This document shows positions 31,358 through 43,584 of a DNA stretch of 64,000 bases, in pieces. Location: NCBI GenBank assembly GCA_964016885.1, contig OZ024757.1, positions 1,798,001 through 1,862,000 of the forward strand. The letters run 5' to 3'. How positions within the stretch are numbered: position 1 is the stretch's first letter; every line of letters begins with the position of its first letter. The translations under genes and the position numbers were made by a program. This stretch comes from Eledone cirrhosa. Lineage: Eukaryota. The notes beneath the pieces were generated by a model that saw only the letters and a program-made list of their open reading frames with translations, did not search any database and was not told the DNA's origin.

Positions 31358-31765
31358 GGTGGCTGCCAACTCGTTTTCGAGTATGGCCACCACTTTATAT
31401 CCATGTAGGAGAACCCCTACAGATGCGCTGAACGAGTGTGACTTTTTAGTCCAGCCAGCGACTTGAAAACTGGTACAAACACTACACTTGTGACAATTAC
31501 TGACACATAGTGCTGGGCCCATGGTACCATGTGACGACAAGTGCAGAGAGATCTCCAGATATAAAGCAATGCCTGTGCCGTGAAGCTTTTATTATGAGCA
31601 AAGGCACTGCACAAAGTCAGTCCCACTCTCTTAACCAAGATGATATTTACCAAAAAGAAGAACAAGTCAATATCATTGGATACCATCAGGGTTGCAGGTG
31701 TTATATCAGAGTTTTCCTTCTCCTAGAATTCTGCCTTGACAAAGGCTAAGGGCTCATCTCTCCCA
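31358..31765 (-). mobile_element. Decayed RTE-type fragment (C2H2 finger remnant plus UTR-like block)
   Basis: HKCSVC / [15 protein letters not shown] resembles RPLAGLKSHIRSQH at 4.8 kb; ccttctc..gacaaaggctaaggg is also seen at ~46660-46700. Confidence 0.45.
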
Positions 31766-32088
31766 TACATATATATATATATACATACATACATATATAC
31801 ATACATACATATATATACACATACTTACATACATATATACATAGACATATATTTATATACATATATACACATACATACATCCATATATATATATACACAT
31901 ACATACATAATATATACATACATACATACATAATATATACATATATACATACATATATATATACATACATATGTGTATTCGGTGTATACGTTCGTATGTG
32001 TACGTGCATGTATATGTATGCATGGCGTGCGTTTTCGTGTATGCACATGTATGTACGTATATAGATGCGTGTATGTATATATTTAATT

Positions 32089-32640
32089 ACTAGCAGTGGT
32101 ACCCGGCGTTGCATGGGATAAGGTATTGCCACAACCACGACTGGCAAAGAAGTAAGGGTCTGGTGGTACGTAAGTAAGCAACACTGTGGCTTAAAACGTG
32201 AGGAAGAAATTGTGTGCACTTACCAACTGTTTGGGGAATGAGTGTGAGATTTGTCTTGAGCAAGGGTGGCAGAATAACCGGAAGCAGCAGACAGCCAGAC
32301 ATACAGACAGATATTATAAGGGCGCGTTCTGGACGTAGAGCGAATTGTAGGAAGTGGCGTAATGCAGACATACAGACAGATATTATAAAGGCGCGATGTT
32401 ATATCTATGCATCTATCTAAAAAGAGAAAGACTAAGAATTATAGAGAGAAATTGCTTAATCGCCTAATGCGGTCTCTAGGGCATTGAAAATTTGAAATTT
32501 TTTTTCTCAGAACACTCCCTGAAACATAAGTATTACATGTGTAAAGTTTGAAAAGAGTCGGTTGGGTGTTTCTCGAGATTTAGGGATTCAAACTCACACA
32601 CACACAGACAGACATCCTCAGTTTTATATATATATAGATA
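32089..32640 (+). mobile_element. Helentron-associated (HINE/DINE-1-like) element, candidate
   Basis: 5' actagcagtggtacccggcgttgcatggg; 3' acacacacagacagacatcctcagttttatatatatagat; short internal duplication cagacatacagacagatattataa. Confidence 0.6.
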
Positions 32641-33256
32641 ACTTTTATGATTTTAATAACCTCTGTCATTGTCGTTCAACTAATTTATGGTTTCTTAAAT
32701 AGAATATTAGTCTATGACTCCATTTATACCATAAACATGGTTTTGTCTTTGCATGTAATTGTTCTCATCGCTCCACATAACGACATATTATGTTCGCTTT
32801 TTTCCGTTCATTGCCAGGGAACGTCTTCTCGAACCAAAGTATCGTCTTCCTGTCTTCCTTCGGTTGCAACGTTTTTCGAAATATTTACTTCTGCGTTCAC
32901 AGATTGATTTTATTTAGTTTCAGAAGATCCCGTTAAGGGTGAAAGCAGCGATTCTTTTCTTAAACTTTAATCTGTTATTTTAATAAATACATACATATAT
33001 ATATATATATACATACACTCATACAAACACACACATACATACCAGGGCCCTGTGCAGTTATGTACTTTCTCACATTCCATTGAGTGCTCAAGGGAGGGGG
33101 GGAGGGCGGTTGTCATGTCTTTGACATAATTCAGTGTCATCCCAACCCTTTCTTTATCGATCCCGTAAGGATCAAAGGCAAAGTTAACCTTGGCGGGATT
33201 TGAACTCAGACCTTCAGTAATATGATGCTGATGAAGATGATGATAATAATTGTTTC

Positions 33257-33277
33257 CTTTTTTTCCTTTTTTTCCAG
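33257..33277 (+). promoter_or_regulatory. Strong splice acceptor upstream of the TOR1AIP-like coding exon
   Basis: cttttttcctttttttccAG polypyrimidine tract plus AG. Confidence 0.5.
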
Positions 33278-33660
33278 GGAATTGCTGTTCTGTGAATATT
33301 TCCCTGGCATTGTTTACCTTTAAGTTATAAACACAGGTTTGATGAATATTTCTTGGTATTCCTTGAAAATGCTTCTACTATGAGATAACTATAGTTTTCT
33401 ATTCATTTTTGACTCAGTTCAAATTTTGGCAAAACTCTAGAATTTTGTTGAAAACTGTCTTCAGTAGAAATTCTATAAATACAATGACTTTTATTTTTAA
33501 AAAGAAAAACTTAAGAATATTTATTTTATGTGTAGAAAGAGCATAAATAAATGTCATATTCTTTTTTGTCGACACTAAAACGAATGTTGTGGAAGGATAA
33601 ATGAAACATATATTCCAATTTTAATTTCTTAAAGAATATATTTATCTAATTTGAGTAATT

Positions 33661-34605
33661 ATGACCAGAAATCCAGAAGTTTCAACAGATTGTCATCATA
33701 ATTATGATCTTAGGAGTAGATCAGGACTTTCAAAGAAGGAAAAGGAATACATTTGTATTGAAGATCTGATGAAGGAGAAAGAAATGAAGACAAATAAATT
33801 GTACAAAACAAAGTTATATTATCCAACTAGTGACCCCACCCCAATAAAACGGCCTGAGGGTGGAGACAAAACACCCCCGCTAGAAAACAATAACTTTTAT
33901 ATTTATTTAAAAGTTTTAGTTTTTATTCTCATTTTCATAATTTTAGTAATATTTCTGAACATGTCATATAATTTGGTACCAAACAATATAGAAATGTTTA
34001 AAAAAGATATCAGCCTTCTAAAACATAAGTTTAGAACCCAACCAGATCGTATGTGGTCTACCCTAAAAGCTAGCACCCATCACATCCTGGCATCAAAAGA
34101 TCCTGATAGACCAGCTGTGATCATGATGGTTTTACCGAATAATAAATCCAATCCCATGGCCCTATGTTTAGCCCGACACTTCTCACACAACCTCAATAAG
34201 GTCCTTAATGGACAAACTACATCTGTTGCTACATACCCTGTCATTGATGGGGCTAAATATGTCAACTATAAAACCAATGAACAGAAATTACAATTAGATA
34301 ACTCCATCCAACGTATTGTTAGACATCACAGTTCAGTAATAATTAATCACTTAGAGAAACTTGACAGTAAAACTGTCATGTATTTCCATGGTCTTTGTGA
34401 CACAACAGAAGCTTTACACAAACGGATTGCTGTCATATTTCTAGTGGAGACACCTCTTGAAATAAAACATGAAATGGAGCTGGCATCGTATTTAGGAGGT
34501 TTGTGGGATGACATAGACCGTGTTCAAGTAAAACCTCTCCTTGCACGCATTGCTAACAATGTCATATTTTTGAAACAAGATGATAGTTTTACAAACTGCC
34601 AGTAG
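33661..34605 (+). CDS. TOR1AIP1: Torsin-1A-interacting protein (LAP1/LULL1 family), 314 aa, type II membrane protein, single coding exon
   Basis: Basic N-terminus with YDLRSR; TM helix IYLKVLVFILIFIILVIFL; luminal AAA-like domain with F.TQ..RMW, RPAVIMM, CLA, KLQLD, MYFHGLCD..EA.HK.IAVIF and LLARIANNVIFL. The last two match human FYKYCDHENAAFK and LWSRISHLVLPV (arginine finger), recalled from memory. TOR1AIP1 versus TOR1AIP2 orthology cannot be resolved. Confidence 0.85.
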   Translation: MTRNPEVSTDCHHNYDLRSRSGLSKKEKEYICIEDLMKEKEMKTNKLYKTKLYYPTSDPTPIKRPEGGDKTPPLENNNFYIYLKVLVFILIFIILVIFLNMSYNLVPNNIEMFKKDISLLKHKFRTQPDRMWSTLKASTHHILASKDPDRPAVIMMVLPNNKSNPMALCLARHFSHNLNKVLNGQTTSVATYPVIDGAKYVNYKTNEQKLQLDNSIQRIVRHHSSVIINHLEKLDSKTVMYFHGLCDTTEALHKRIAVIFLVETPLEIKHEMELASYLGGLWDDIDRVQVKPLLARIANNVIFLKQDDSFTNCQ

Positions 34606-34742
34606 ATGGTGTTGCTTCGTGGCATAGAGTTATGGCCCTGTACATTCTGATTTCAAATCGTGCCGATGTCAGCTTTGCCTTTCATCCTTACAGGGGCGCT
34701 AAAATAAAGCACCAGAAATGCACTGGGGTCGATTTAATTGAA
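34606..34742 (+). mobile_element. SINE family 1 immediately after the stop codon
   Basis: tttcaaatcgtgccgatgtcagctttgcctttcatccttacaggggcgctaaaataaagcaccag; contains AATAAA at 34703-34708. Confidence 0.75.
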
Positions 34743-35088
34743 ACAGGTAGTGATGTAACCATTACCTGCTCGTCAATATATTGATCTCCACTGATCAATC
34801 AACCCTCTGAAATGATTGTACAACAATGAACTAATTAAGTACCTGTCTCTGACTTTTGTTTTATTTTCATTGTTCAGTACACACATACACACATGTATAT
34901 AATCGAAACCATTTATATTTAACACAATAATTATAAAATTATTCATTCTGTCGGATTAAAGAAAAAATAATCTTTAAATATACTTCTGTGCTTTTTCACC
35001 TTCACTTTTTAACTATATATATATATAATAGTAGAAATTTGGTGGGTTATATCGGTAGAGCACTCAGTCCATGGGACAAGTTAGGTAG

Positions 35089-35274
35089 AAGTAGTTCCAC
35101 AACAGTTAGTTCACCATACCGACGACAAATGTTTCACTTTATTCGGATCATCAGCTCGGTCTAAATGAAGTTGTTTTTCCTTTTCCATACAACTACATTT
35201 AGACGGAGCTGAGGATCTGAATAAAGTGACACATTTGTACTCGATATGGTGAACTAACTGTTGTGGAACTACTT
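35089..35274. ncRNA. Inverted repeat with divergent pair of minimal type I hammerhead motifs (minus 35118-35160; plus 35203-35245, degenerate)
   Basis: Minus: ACCGAG CTGATGA tccgaataaagt GAAAC ATTT GTC GTCGGT. Plus: GAG CTGAGGA tctgaataaagt GACAC ATTT GTA CTC. Confidence 0.7.
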
Positions 35275-35290
35275 ATATATATATATATAT

Positions 35291-35438
35291 GGTGAGAACA
35301 GACCTCAGATCATTGAAGCTCACGGTGGAGATGACGAAGGACCATGACGAGTGGAGAGATGCTGTGCTGAATAAGACCCGTCCCACCCTTGCAAGCAGGG
35401 AAAAGCGGACGTAAAATGATGATGATGATGATGATGAT
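35291..35438 (+). mobile_element. Short 3' end of RTE family A
   Basis: gtgagaacagacctcagatcattgaagctcacggtggagatg...gcggacgtaaaatga(tga)n. Confidence 0.85.
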
Positions 35439-35468
35439 ATATATATTTATATGTATGTGTGTGTGTAT

Positions 35469-35660
35469 ATCAAATTTAATACAGAAGTGGCTTCTACAGG
35501 ACTAGAACTGTTTCATTCGAAAGAAATTATCAGGAAATTGCTGATGATTTCTTTCGAATGAAACAGTTCTAGTCGTGTAGAATCCACTTCTGTATTAAAT
35601 TTGATGTTTACACTCTACTAATGTATTGAGTACCTTACTTACTGTGGTTACCAGGACTCA
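35469..35660. ncRNA. Inverted repeat (35469-35605) with divergent hammerhead pair, plus Penelope-type terminal tail
   Basis: Plus: attg CTGATGA tttctttcgaat GAAAC AG ttctagtc GT GTA gaat. Minus: ttc CTGATAA ... GAAAC AG ttctagtc CT GTA gaa. Same family as 56582-56683. Confidence 0.7.
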
Positions 35661-35707
35661 TATATATACAAATGAAACTATAATTAAGGTTCAATACTTT
35701 ATTTAAT

Positions 35708-35778
35708 TGATTTACATGTTTCATTCAACTCCAAAGGAGGCAGCATTTAACTACTTTGGAGAGAAATCATCAGAATCA
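35708..35778 (-). ncRNA. Type I hammerhead ribozyme motif
   Basis: TGATT CTGATGA [tttc..ctccaaag..ctttggag..gaat] GAAAC AT GTA AATCA: 5-bp stem I, intact core, palindromic stem III ACAUGU. Confidence 0.75.
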
Positions 35779-35969
35779 GTAGATAATATAAAAAAAGATA
35801 TTTATTTGTACCCCAGGCAGTGGAGACTTCTGGTGAACTCGGCCCTTGGGCTACCTCCCTACTCACCGCCATCCAATTATTAAACTAACTAACTGGAAGT
35901 TTATAATAAATTGAAGTGAAAACCTACTGGCGTGTTTGTTTTTATTGGCAGCCTGACCCTCCCAAAGAA

Positions 35970-36030
<61 letters not shown>

Positions 36031-36219
36031 GATGATGATGATATATATATATATATAAATATACATATACATATAATATATATATAATATATATGTATAT
36101 ATAAATATATATATGTATATGATATATAAAAATCCCATTATTCGCTTATTATTACTGTTATATGCTTGTCCAATTATTCCCAAAATTCGAAGATTTTATT
36201 TAAACCCTCTCGCTAACTA

Positions 36220-39200
36220 CCCCATACCCCTCCCACCCACCCCCAATCTCCACCATTATTATTAGGACCAATCATAAGTCAGCGGCCTATGCTATCACTT
36301 CTTCCGGTTGCCTTCCGATATGATGGATGGACTATGGAATTCTGGAGAGTCTGAAAAATCTGGACACTCAGTGACAATGCCAAAGATAAAGACAAATTCA
36401 CTTCATGCTGCCGGAAGAAAAGGCAAGGACTCCCCCTCTTTGTTTCGGCCGCGAATGGCCCACATAACCCCAACCCCACCCCGCGCCCCACCGTTCCCAC
36501 CCACCAAACGCAATCCAAAACTTCAGAGTTGGTACCATGAATGTAGGCACCTTAAAAGGTCGCTCTAACGAGGTTGTAGAAATGCTTGAACGTAAGGAGG
36601 TTGATGTTTGCTGTATCCAAGAGACCAGGTGGGTAAAAAACGATGCTATAAGCTTTTCTGTGGGGTAAATGACAATGGGCTGGGTGGGGTAGGAATCATG
36701 TTAGCAGAATAATGGGTAGATAAGATAATAGACGTAAATAGAGTGAACGACAGAATAATTAAAATAAGACTTGTTCTAAATAGAACTACTGTGACAGTAA
36801 TATCGGCATACACGCCCCAATCCGGACTGCCTGGCGCTATAAAAGACAGATTCTATGAGACATTGATGCTCACTACCTCCCAAATAACCGACAGTGACTA
36901 CATAATTATTGCTGGTGACCTAAATGGTCACGTTGGACAACATTGTGACGGCTATGACGGAATCCATGGAGGCAATGGGTTTGGTACTAGAAATGAGGAA
37001 GGCTCCAGAATCCTGGAATTCTGTGGCGCAAATAACCTAACTGTCTGTAACATTAACTTAAAAAAACGAGACAATCACTTGATCACCTATAGATCAGGGG
37101 AACACGCCAGTAAGATAGATTATATCCTTACCAGAAGACGTGATAGAGTGTCTGTTCTAAACACTAAATCCCTCCCCCATGAAGAATGCACCTCCCAACA
37201 TAGACTCATAGTCAGGACGAGACGTACTCGACAGCAGAAGAGGACTATCCTCAGGAGAAAAATATGGAAGCTGAAGGACCCCACAGCCAGTAATAAATTT
37301 AAAAGCATATTACTTGATGCTTTCGACAGTAAGGAAGAGCAATTAGAGTCATACAATATAGAGGAACAGTGGGAATTCCTGAAAGCTAACCTGCTGAAGG
37401 CAGCAGATGAAGTCTATGGCTGGAGCAGGCCTATAGGCAGGAGGAGAGTAATGTGGTGGTGGAACAGTAAGGTGTAGGAGTCAATTAAGGCCAAAAAGCA
37501 GGCTTGGGAAGTAGAGAAGACTATCAAGTGGCCAGGAGGGAAGCTAGGAGACAAGTGTATTTCGCAAGAAGGGAAGCAGAGGAAAGAAAGTTCAAGCATG
37601 TTCTACAACGTGAGGTGTTCAGGATTGCTAGGCAATGTGTCAAGGAAAACCGTGATATTGTCGGGGAGAAGTGTGTCCTTAATGATGATGGTGTTCTTGC
37701 CATCACTGACACTGATAAGAAGGTAGCTTGGAAGTGTCACTACGAAAGGCTTCTAAATGAGGAGAATAAATGGGAGAAAGACAGTCTCCCCCACATCGAT
37801 CCAATAGAGGGACCAGCAGTGCTAGTTGAAGGTAGTATAATAAGTAAGGCAATCAAAGATATGAAGACGGGTAAGGCGGCTGGGCCTTCGGAAATAGTTG
37901 CTGAAATGCTGAAAGCATCTGGAATGGTGGGACACACTATGGTCACCCGGATAGTAAACCAAGTCATACAGAATGGGGCTGTTCCGAAGGACTGGCGTAG
38001 CAGCATCATCATTAACTGCTACAAGGGTAAAGGTGATGCCCTAGATAGGGGTAACTATAGAGGCATTAAATTAATCGACCAGGTCATGAAGGTCACAGAA
38101 AAAGTAATAGCGCAACTAATCAGAGAAAGAATTGATCTAGATGAAATGCAGTTCGGGTTTGTGTCAGGTAAAAGTACCACAGACGCTCTTTGCATTGTAC
38201 GACAACTACAGGAGAAGTACCTAGTTAAAAGTAAACCCCTATATTTAGCTTTTGTTGACTTGGAGAAAGCGTTTGACAGACTCCCCCACTCTATTATCTG
38301 GTGGGCTCTTAGAAAACTAGGTGTTGATGAATGGCTTGTGAGAGCTATACTAGCCATGTATAAAGAAACAGTCAGCAAGGTTAGAATTAACAACGAATAT
38401 AGTGAAGAGTTTAGCGTAAAATTTGGTGTTAATCAGGGCTCCGTTCTTAGCCCCTACTATTTATTATTGCCCTTCAGGCTATAACAGAGGAGTTCAAGAC
38501 CGGCTGCCCATGGGAACTCCTATATGCAGATGATCTAACACTCATAGCTGAATCAATGGCTGAACTAGAAAAGAAATTCCAAGCATGGAAGCACGGCCTA
38601 GAATCAAAAGGCCTTAAAGTTAACTTGTCTAAGACTAAAGTTCTAGTTTGTAGGAAGGAAAATAGGGCACCGGTCCCATCTGGGAAATGGCCATGCTCAG
38701 TGTGTAGGAAAGGAGTAGGCAGAAACTCCATTTTATGTCCCAAATGCAAAGTATGGGTGCATAAAAGATGTAGTGGGATCACAGGTAAGCTAACTAAGAA
38801 TATAGATTTTATATGTGGCCGGTGCTCTGGTGCAATAAGTAGCAGCAAGTGCCCACAGAATACTAGCTCATTCCATTGCACAGATGGTTCTATAGAAATA
38901 GTGGACTCCTTCCGTTACCTGGGTGACAAAATCAGCAGTAGGGGAGGGTGCTCTGAAAGTACAGTAGCTAGAGTCAGAACGGGATGGAAAAAGTTCAGAG
39001 AGCTTATACCACTATTGGCCGCTAAAGGGTTCTCTCTAAAAATGAAAGGCAGGCTGTATGATGCCTGCATACGAACAGCAATGTTACATGGCAGTGAGAC
39101 CTGAGCATTGTGTGCAGAGGATATACGCAGACTGGAGAGAAACGAAGCTTGCATGCTCCGCTGGATGTGTAATAGTAATATACGTGAACGACAAAGCATA

Positions 39201-39985
39201 AACGAACTAAGGGAGAAATAAGGAATAAGAGGGATCAGATGTTGTTTACTCGAGAGAAGACTACGTTGGTATGGTCACGTGATGCGCATGAAAGACGACA
39301 GCTGTATAAAAAAGTGCAGGGCGATCAAAATAGACGGTAGCCACGGAGTAGGCAGACCCAGAAAAACCTGGGACGACTTGATAAATCCCGACCTCACACA
39401 CTTACACCTCTCCAAGACAATGTCACTGGACCGAGATCTTTGGTGCTACACAGTTATACAGAAGACCCGCCTTGCCTAAGTACAAAGCGAAACCTACAGT
39501 CAGTAGGCACCTCTAACAAAATACACCCCCGTCCCACTACCGCCACCCCATCCACACCACCTCCTTAAATGTGAAGTTATGTTGGTACCACAACATCCAG
39601 TCTGAAACAAATGAGGTCGTGTAGGTGTCACGACAAAAAAACACACAGTCCACGCTGTAATGTGGCCGTGTAGGTAACACGGTAAAAACCTCCCAGTACA
39701 CACTGTCAACGTGGTTGGTATTGGGAAGGGCACCCAGCCGTAGAAAACCCGCCAGACGTGTAGGTGTCACGACAAAAAAACACACAGTCCACGCTGTAAT
39801 GTGGCCGTGTAGGTAACATGGTAAACACCTCCCAGTCCACACTGTAAACGTGGTTGGTGTTAGGAAGGGCATCCAGCCGTAGAAAACCCACCAGACAGTC
39901 CTATACGAGCAGGACAACCAATCTTGCCTCAAGTGGGAAAACTCCCGTCCAAACCCATGGAAGATGGACGTTAAACAATGATGAT
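36220..39985 (+). mobile_element. Full-length decayed RTE-clade LINE family B (APE, RT, PHD-like finger) with SINE-like 3' UTR
   Basis: Motifs VGTMNVGTL, ISAYTPQ, GDLNGHVG, NYRGIKL, FVDLEKAFD, LLYADD (~38520), CSVC..CPKC..VHKRC..CGRC, LRWYGHVMRM. Several stops and frameshifts; the 3' UTR has an ~120-bp tandem duplication (39620-39890). Confidence 0.93.
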
Positions 39986-39989
39986 TATA

Positions 39990-40115
39990 TATATATTTGT
40001 TTTGCGAGCTTTTTGATATGAAATCGTGTGTCGAAACAAATATTGTTATACTTGGGAGGGTCATATTGTTGTAATAATATTGCCAGAATTAATAACAGAA
40101 CACACTCACTGTTTG
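39990..40115 (+). repeat. Interspersed terminal repeat family (related copies ~7270-7360, ~35880-35975, 59401-59470, 59865-59985)
   Basis: gatatgaaatcgtgtgtcgaaacaaatattgttatacttgggagggtcat. Confidence 0.6.
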
Positions 40116-40158
40116 GGTATATACATATACATATAATATATATGTATATATATATATG

Positions 40159-40223
<65 letters not shown>

Positions 40224-40293
40224 AATATATATATATGTATATATATTTATATGTATTATGTATATATATATATATATATATATAAATATATAT

Positions 40294-41062
40294 CATCATC
40301 ATCATCATCATCAACGTTTAACGTCCGTGTTCCACGCTTGCATGGGTTTGGACGGGGGTAGTCCCACTTGAGGCAAGAGTGATTGTCTTGCTCGCATAGG
40401 ACTGTCTGGCAGGTTTTCTACAGTTGGATGCCCTTCCTAACACCAACCACATTTACAGTGTGGGTCTGGGAGGTTTTTACCGTGTTGCCTACACGGCCAC
40501 ATTACAGCGTGGACTGTGTGTTTTTTTGTCGTGACACCTACACGATCTCATTTGTTTCGGCCTCGATGGCGCGGCACCAACATAACTTTACATAGAACGG
40601 GGTGGTGTGGATGGGGTGGGGGTGGGGGTGGTGGGACGGGGTGTATTTTGTTAGAGATGCCTACTGGCTGGAGTAGGTTTTACTATATATTTAGGTAAGG
40701 CGGGTCTTCTCTGTTACTGAGTACCGCCAAAGGTCTCGGTCCAGTGACATTGTCTTGGAGAGGTGTAAGTGTGTGATGTCGGAGTTTATCAGCTCGTCCC
40801 AGGTTTTTCTAGGTCTGCCTATTCCGTGACTACCGTCTATCTTTATTGCCCTGCACTTTGTTATACAGCTATCGACTTTCATGCGCATCACGTGTCCATA
40901 CCAACGTAGCCTTCTCTCGAGTAAACAACATCTGATCCCTCTTATCTCTAATTTTTTCCTTAGTTCGTTTATGCTTTGCCGTTCACGTATATTACTGTTA
41001 CACATCCAGCGGAGCATGCAAGCTTCGTTCCTCTCTAGTCTGCGTATATCCTCTGCACACAA
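40294..41062 (-). mobile_element. 3' fragment of RTE family B
   Basis: CAEDIRRLERNEACMLRWMC...GRPRKTW plus the same 3' UTR and (tga)n tail; inverted relative to the 36.2-40 kb copy. Confidence 0.9.
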
Positions 41063-41072
41063 TATATGTATA

Positions 41073-41138
<66 letters not shown>

Positions 41139-41250
41139 TATATGTTACAGACCCATGCTAGCGTGGAAAATGGACGTTAAACGATGATGATGATGATGAT
41201 GATGAGGTTACGTAATTCCGAAGCAAAAAAGAGTGCTCTATGTATAGAAC

Positions 41251-41461
41251 AGAGCTATTTAATTAGAAAGTGAACAACACAAAATATAACTACTCCATTA
41301 CCAAGGGTTTCTGGATCACAGACAATAATAATATACATCTGGATCGGTCATCTCTGTCTGACGACCGATCCAGACATATATTATTATCCTCTGTGATCCA
41401 GAAACCTTTGGTAATGGAGTAGTTATATTTTGTGTTGTTCACTCTCTAATTAAATAGCTCT
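41251..41461. ncRNA. Inverted repeat with hammerhead motif on the plus arm (41352-41419)
   Basis: CTCTGT CTGACGA [ccgatc..gatcca] GAAAC C TTT G GTA ATGGAG. The minus arm copy is truncated within the CUGAUGA box. Confidence 0.72.
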
Positions 41462-41465
41462 CTAA

Positions 41466-42755
41466 TTATATATATATGATGTCTATATAAACACATTCTT
41501 ATATTTATATATATATGATGTCTATATAAACACATTCTTATATTTATATATATATGATGTCTATATAAACACATTGTTATATTTATATATATATGATGTC
41601 TATATAAACACATTGTTATATTTATATATATATGATGTCTATATAAACACATTCTTATATTTATATATATATGATGTCTATATAAACACATTGTTATATT
41701 TATATATATATGATGTATATATAAACACATTTATATATATATATATATATGATGTATATATAAACACATTCTTATATTTATATATATATGATGTATATAT
41801 AAACACATTTATATATATATATATATGATGTATATATAAACACATTGTTATATTTATATATATATGATGTCTATATAAACACATTGTTATATTTATATAT
41901 ATATGATGTCTATATAAACACATTCTTATATTTATATATATATATGATGTATATGTAAACACATTCTTATATTTATATATATATGATGTCTATATAAACA
42001 CATTCTTATATTTATATATATATGATGTCTATATAAACACATTGTTATATTTATATATATATGATGTATATATAAACACATTTATATATATATATATATG
42101 ATGTATATATAAACACATTGTTATATTTATATATATATGATGTATATATAAACACATTGTTATATTTATATATATATGATGTCTATATAAACACATTGTT
42201 ATATTTATATATATATGATGTCTATATAAACACATTCTTATATTTATATATATATATGCTGTATATGTAAACACATTCTTATATTTATATATATATGATG
42301 TCTATATAAACACATTCTTATATTTATATATATATGATGTCTATATAAACACATTGTTATATTTATATATATATGATGTATATATAAACACATTTATATA
42401 TATATATATATGATGTATATATAAACACATTTATATATATATATATATGATGTATATATAAACACATTGTTATATTTATATATATATGATGTATATATAA
42501 ACACATTGTTATATTTATATATATATGATGTATATATAAACACATTGTTATATTTATATATATATGATGTATATGTAAACACATTTTTATATATATATAT
42601 ATGATGTCTATATAAACACATTCTTATATTTATATATATATGATGTATATATAAACACATTGTTATATTTATATATATATGATGTCTATATAAACACATT
42701 CTTATATTTATATATATATGATGTATATGTAAACACATTTTATATATATATATAT
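41466..42755. repeat. ~39-bp AT-rich minisatellite
   Basis: Unit atatatatatgatgtctatataaacacatt(c/g)ttatattt. Confidence 0.95.
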
Positions 42756-43269
42756 AAGAATGTGTTTAGAAAATGGCGAGTGAAATTTTGAATATTGAAT
42801 AAGATTTTGCCAAAACTTTGACTAAATGAAATAGTTTAATAATAACGGGGTGTATAAAAGATCACGCTGTATGGTGAACTCTCTGCTAGCCATCATGACA
42901 GGGTTGGGTGTCACCAAAAGATCCCTTGGTGCCTGTCACACTGCCCATCAGCAGTGGTCCACTCTAGCCTGGCAACTCACCATCAACCATGATGTCTTCT
43001 TCTTCAAAAAGACCCAGAAGGCCAGCCTAAAGGTCAAAGGCAGAGGAGCAGGAACCACAAGAAATTTATTGAAGCACTTCGGCAGTGTATTTCATCAGAA
43101 AGAAGGTAATGAGATGATTAAAAAAACAAAGTTATTTAATGCTAAAGTTATTTAACATTTCAATAAAAAATAATAAAATCAATGTTTTCTGTTGAAATAT
43201 TTATAGCTAAAGCATTTTAAAAAGTCCTTTCATTAAGAAATTTGGTTTGTAGATTTAATAAAGTTCCTC

Positions 43270-43570
43270 TGAAGGGTCTTTGGAGTAACGTTACTCAATA
43301 ACATAGCCTGGAGATAGGAGAGTCACCCAAGGTAGAGCAGCTACTTCTTCAAATTGAAAGATTACAGCTCCGATATTACGGACATGTGGTTAGAATGTCT
43401 CAGGAAAGACTTGATGGACAGATTTTACTGGCTAAACCAAACGGCAGGAGACCCCAAGCAAGATGGTTAGATAACATCCATGAACTTGACTGGTCACGCT
43501 TTGGGATCCAGCTGGATCAACTGGAGATGGTTGCTTCGGATGGGACCCACTAGAAGGAGTACCCTCAGGT
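43270..43570 (+). mobile_element. Old RTE 3' fragment
   Basis: Translates to ..IERLQLRYYGHVVRMSQERL..ILLAKPNGRR. Confidence 0.65.
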
Positions 43571-43584
43571 CACAAATAATAGGG

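Noticed and set aside
32915-32960. CAGAAGA-tcccgttaagggt-GAAAG hammerhead-like string
   Set aside because: The core is CAGA rather than CUGA, and no stem I, stem III or NUH site could be formed.
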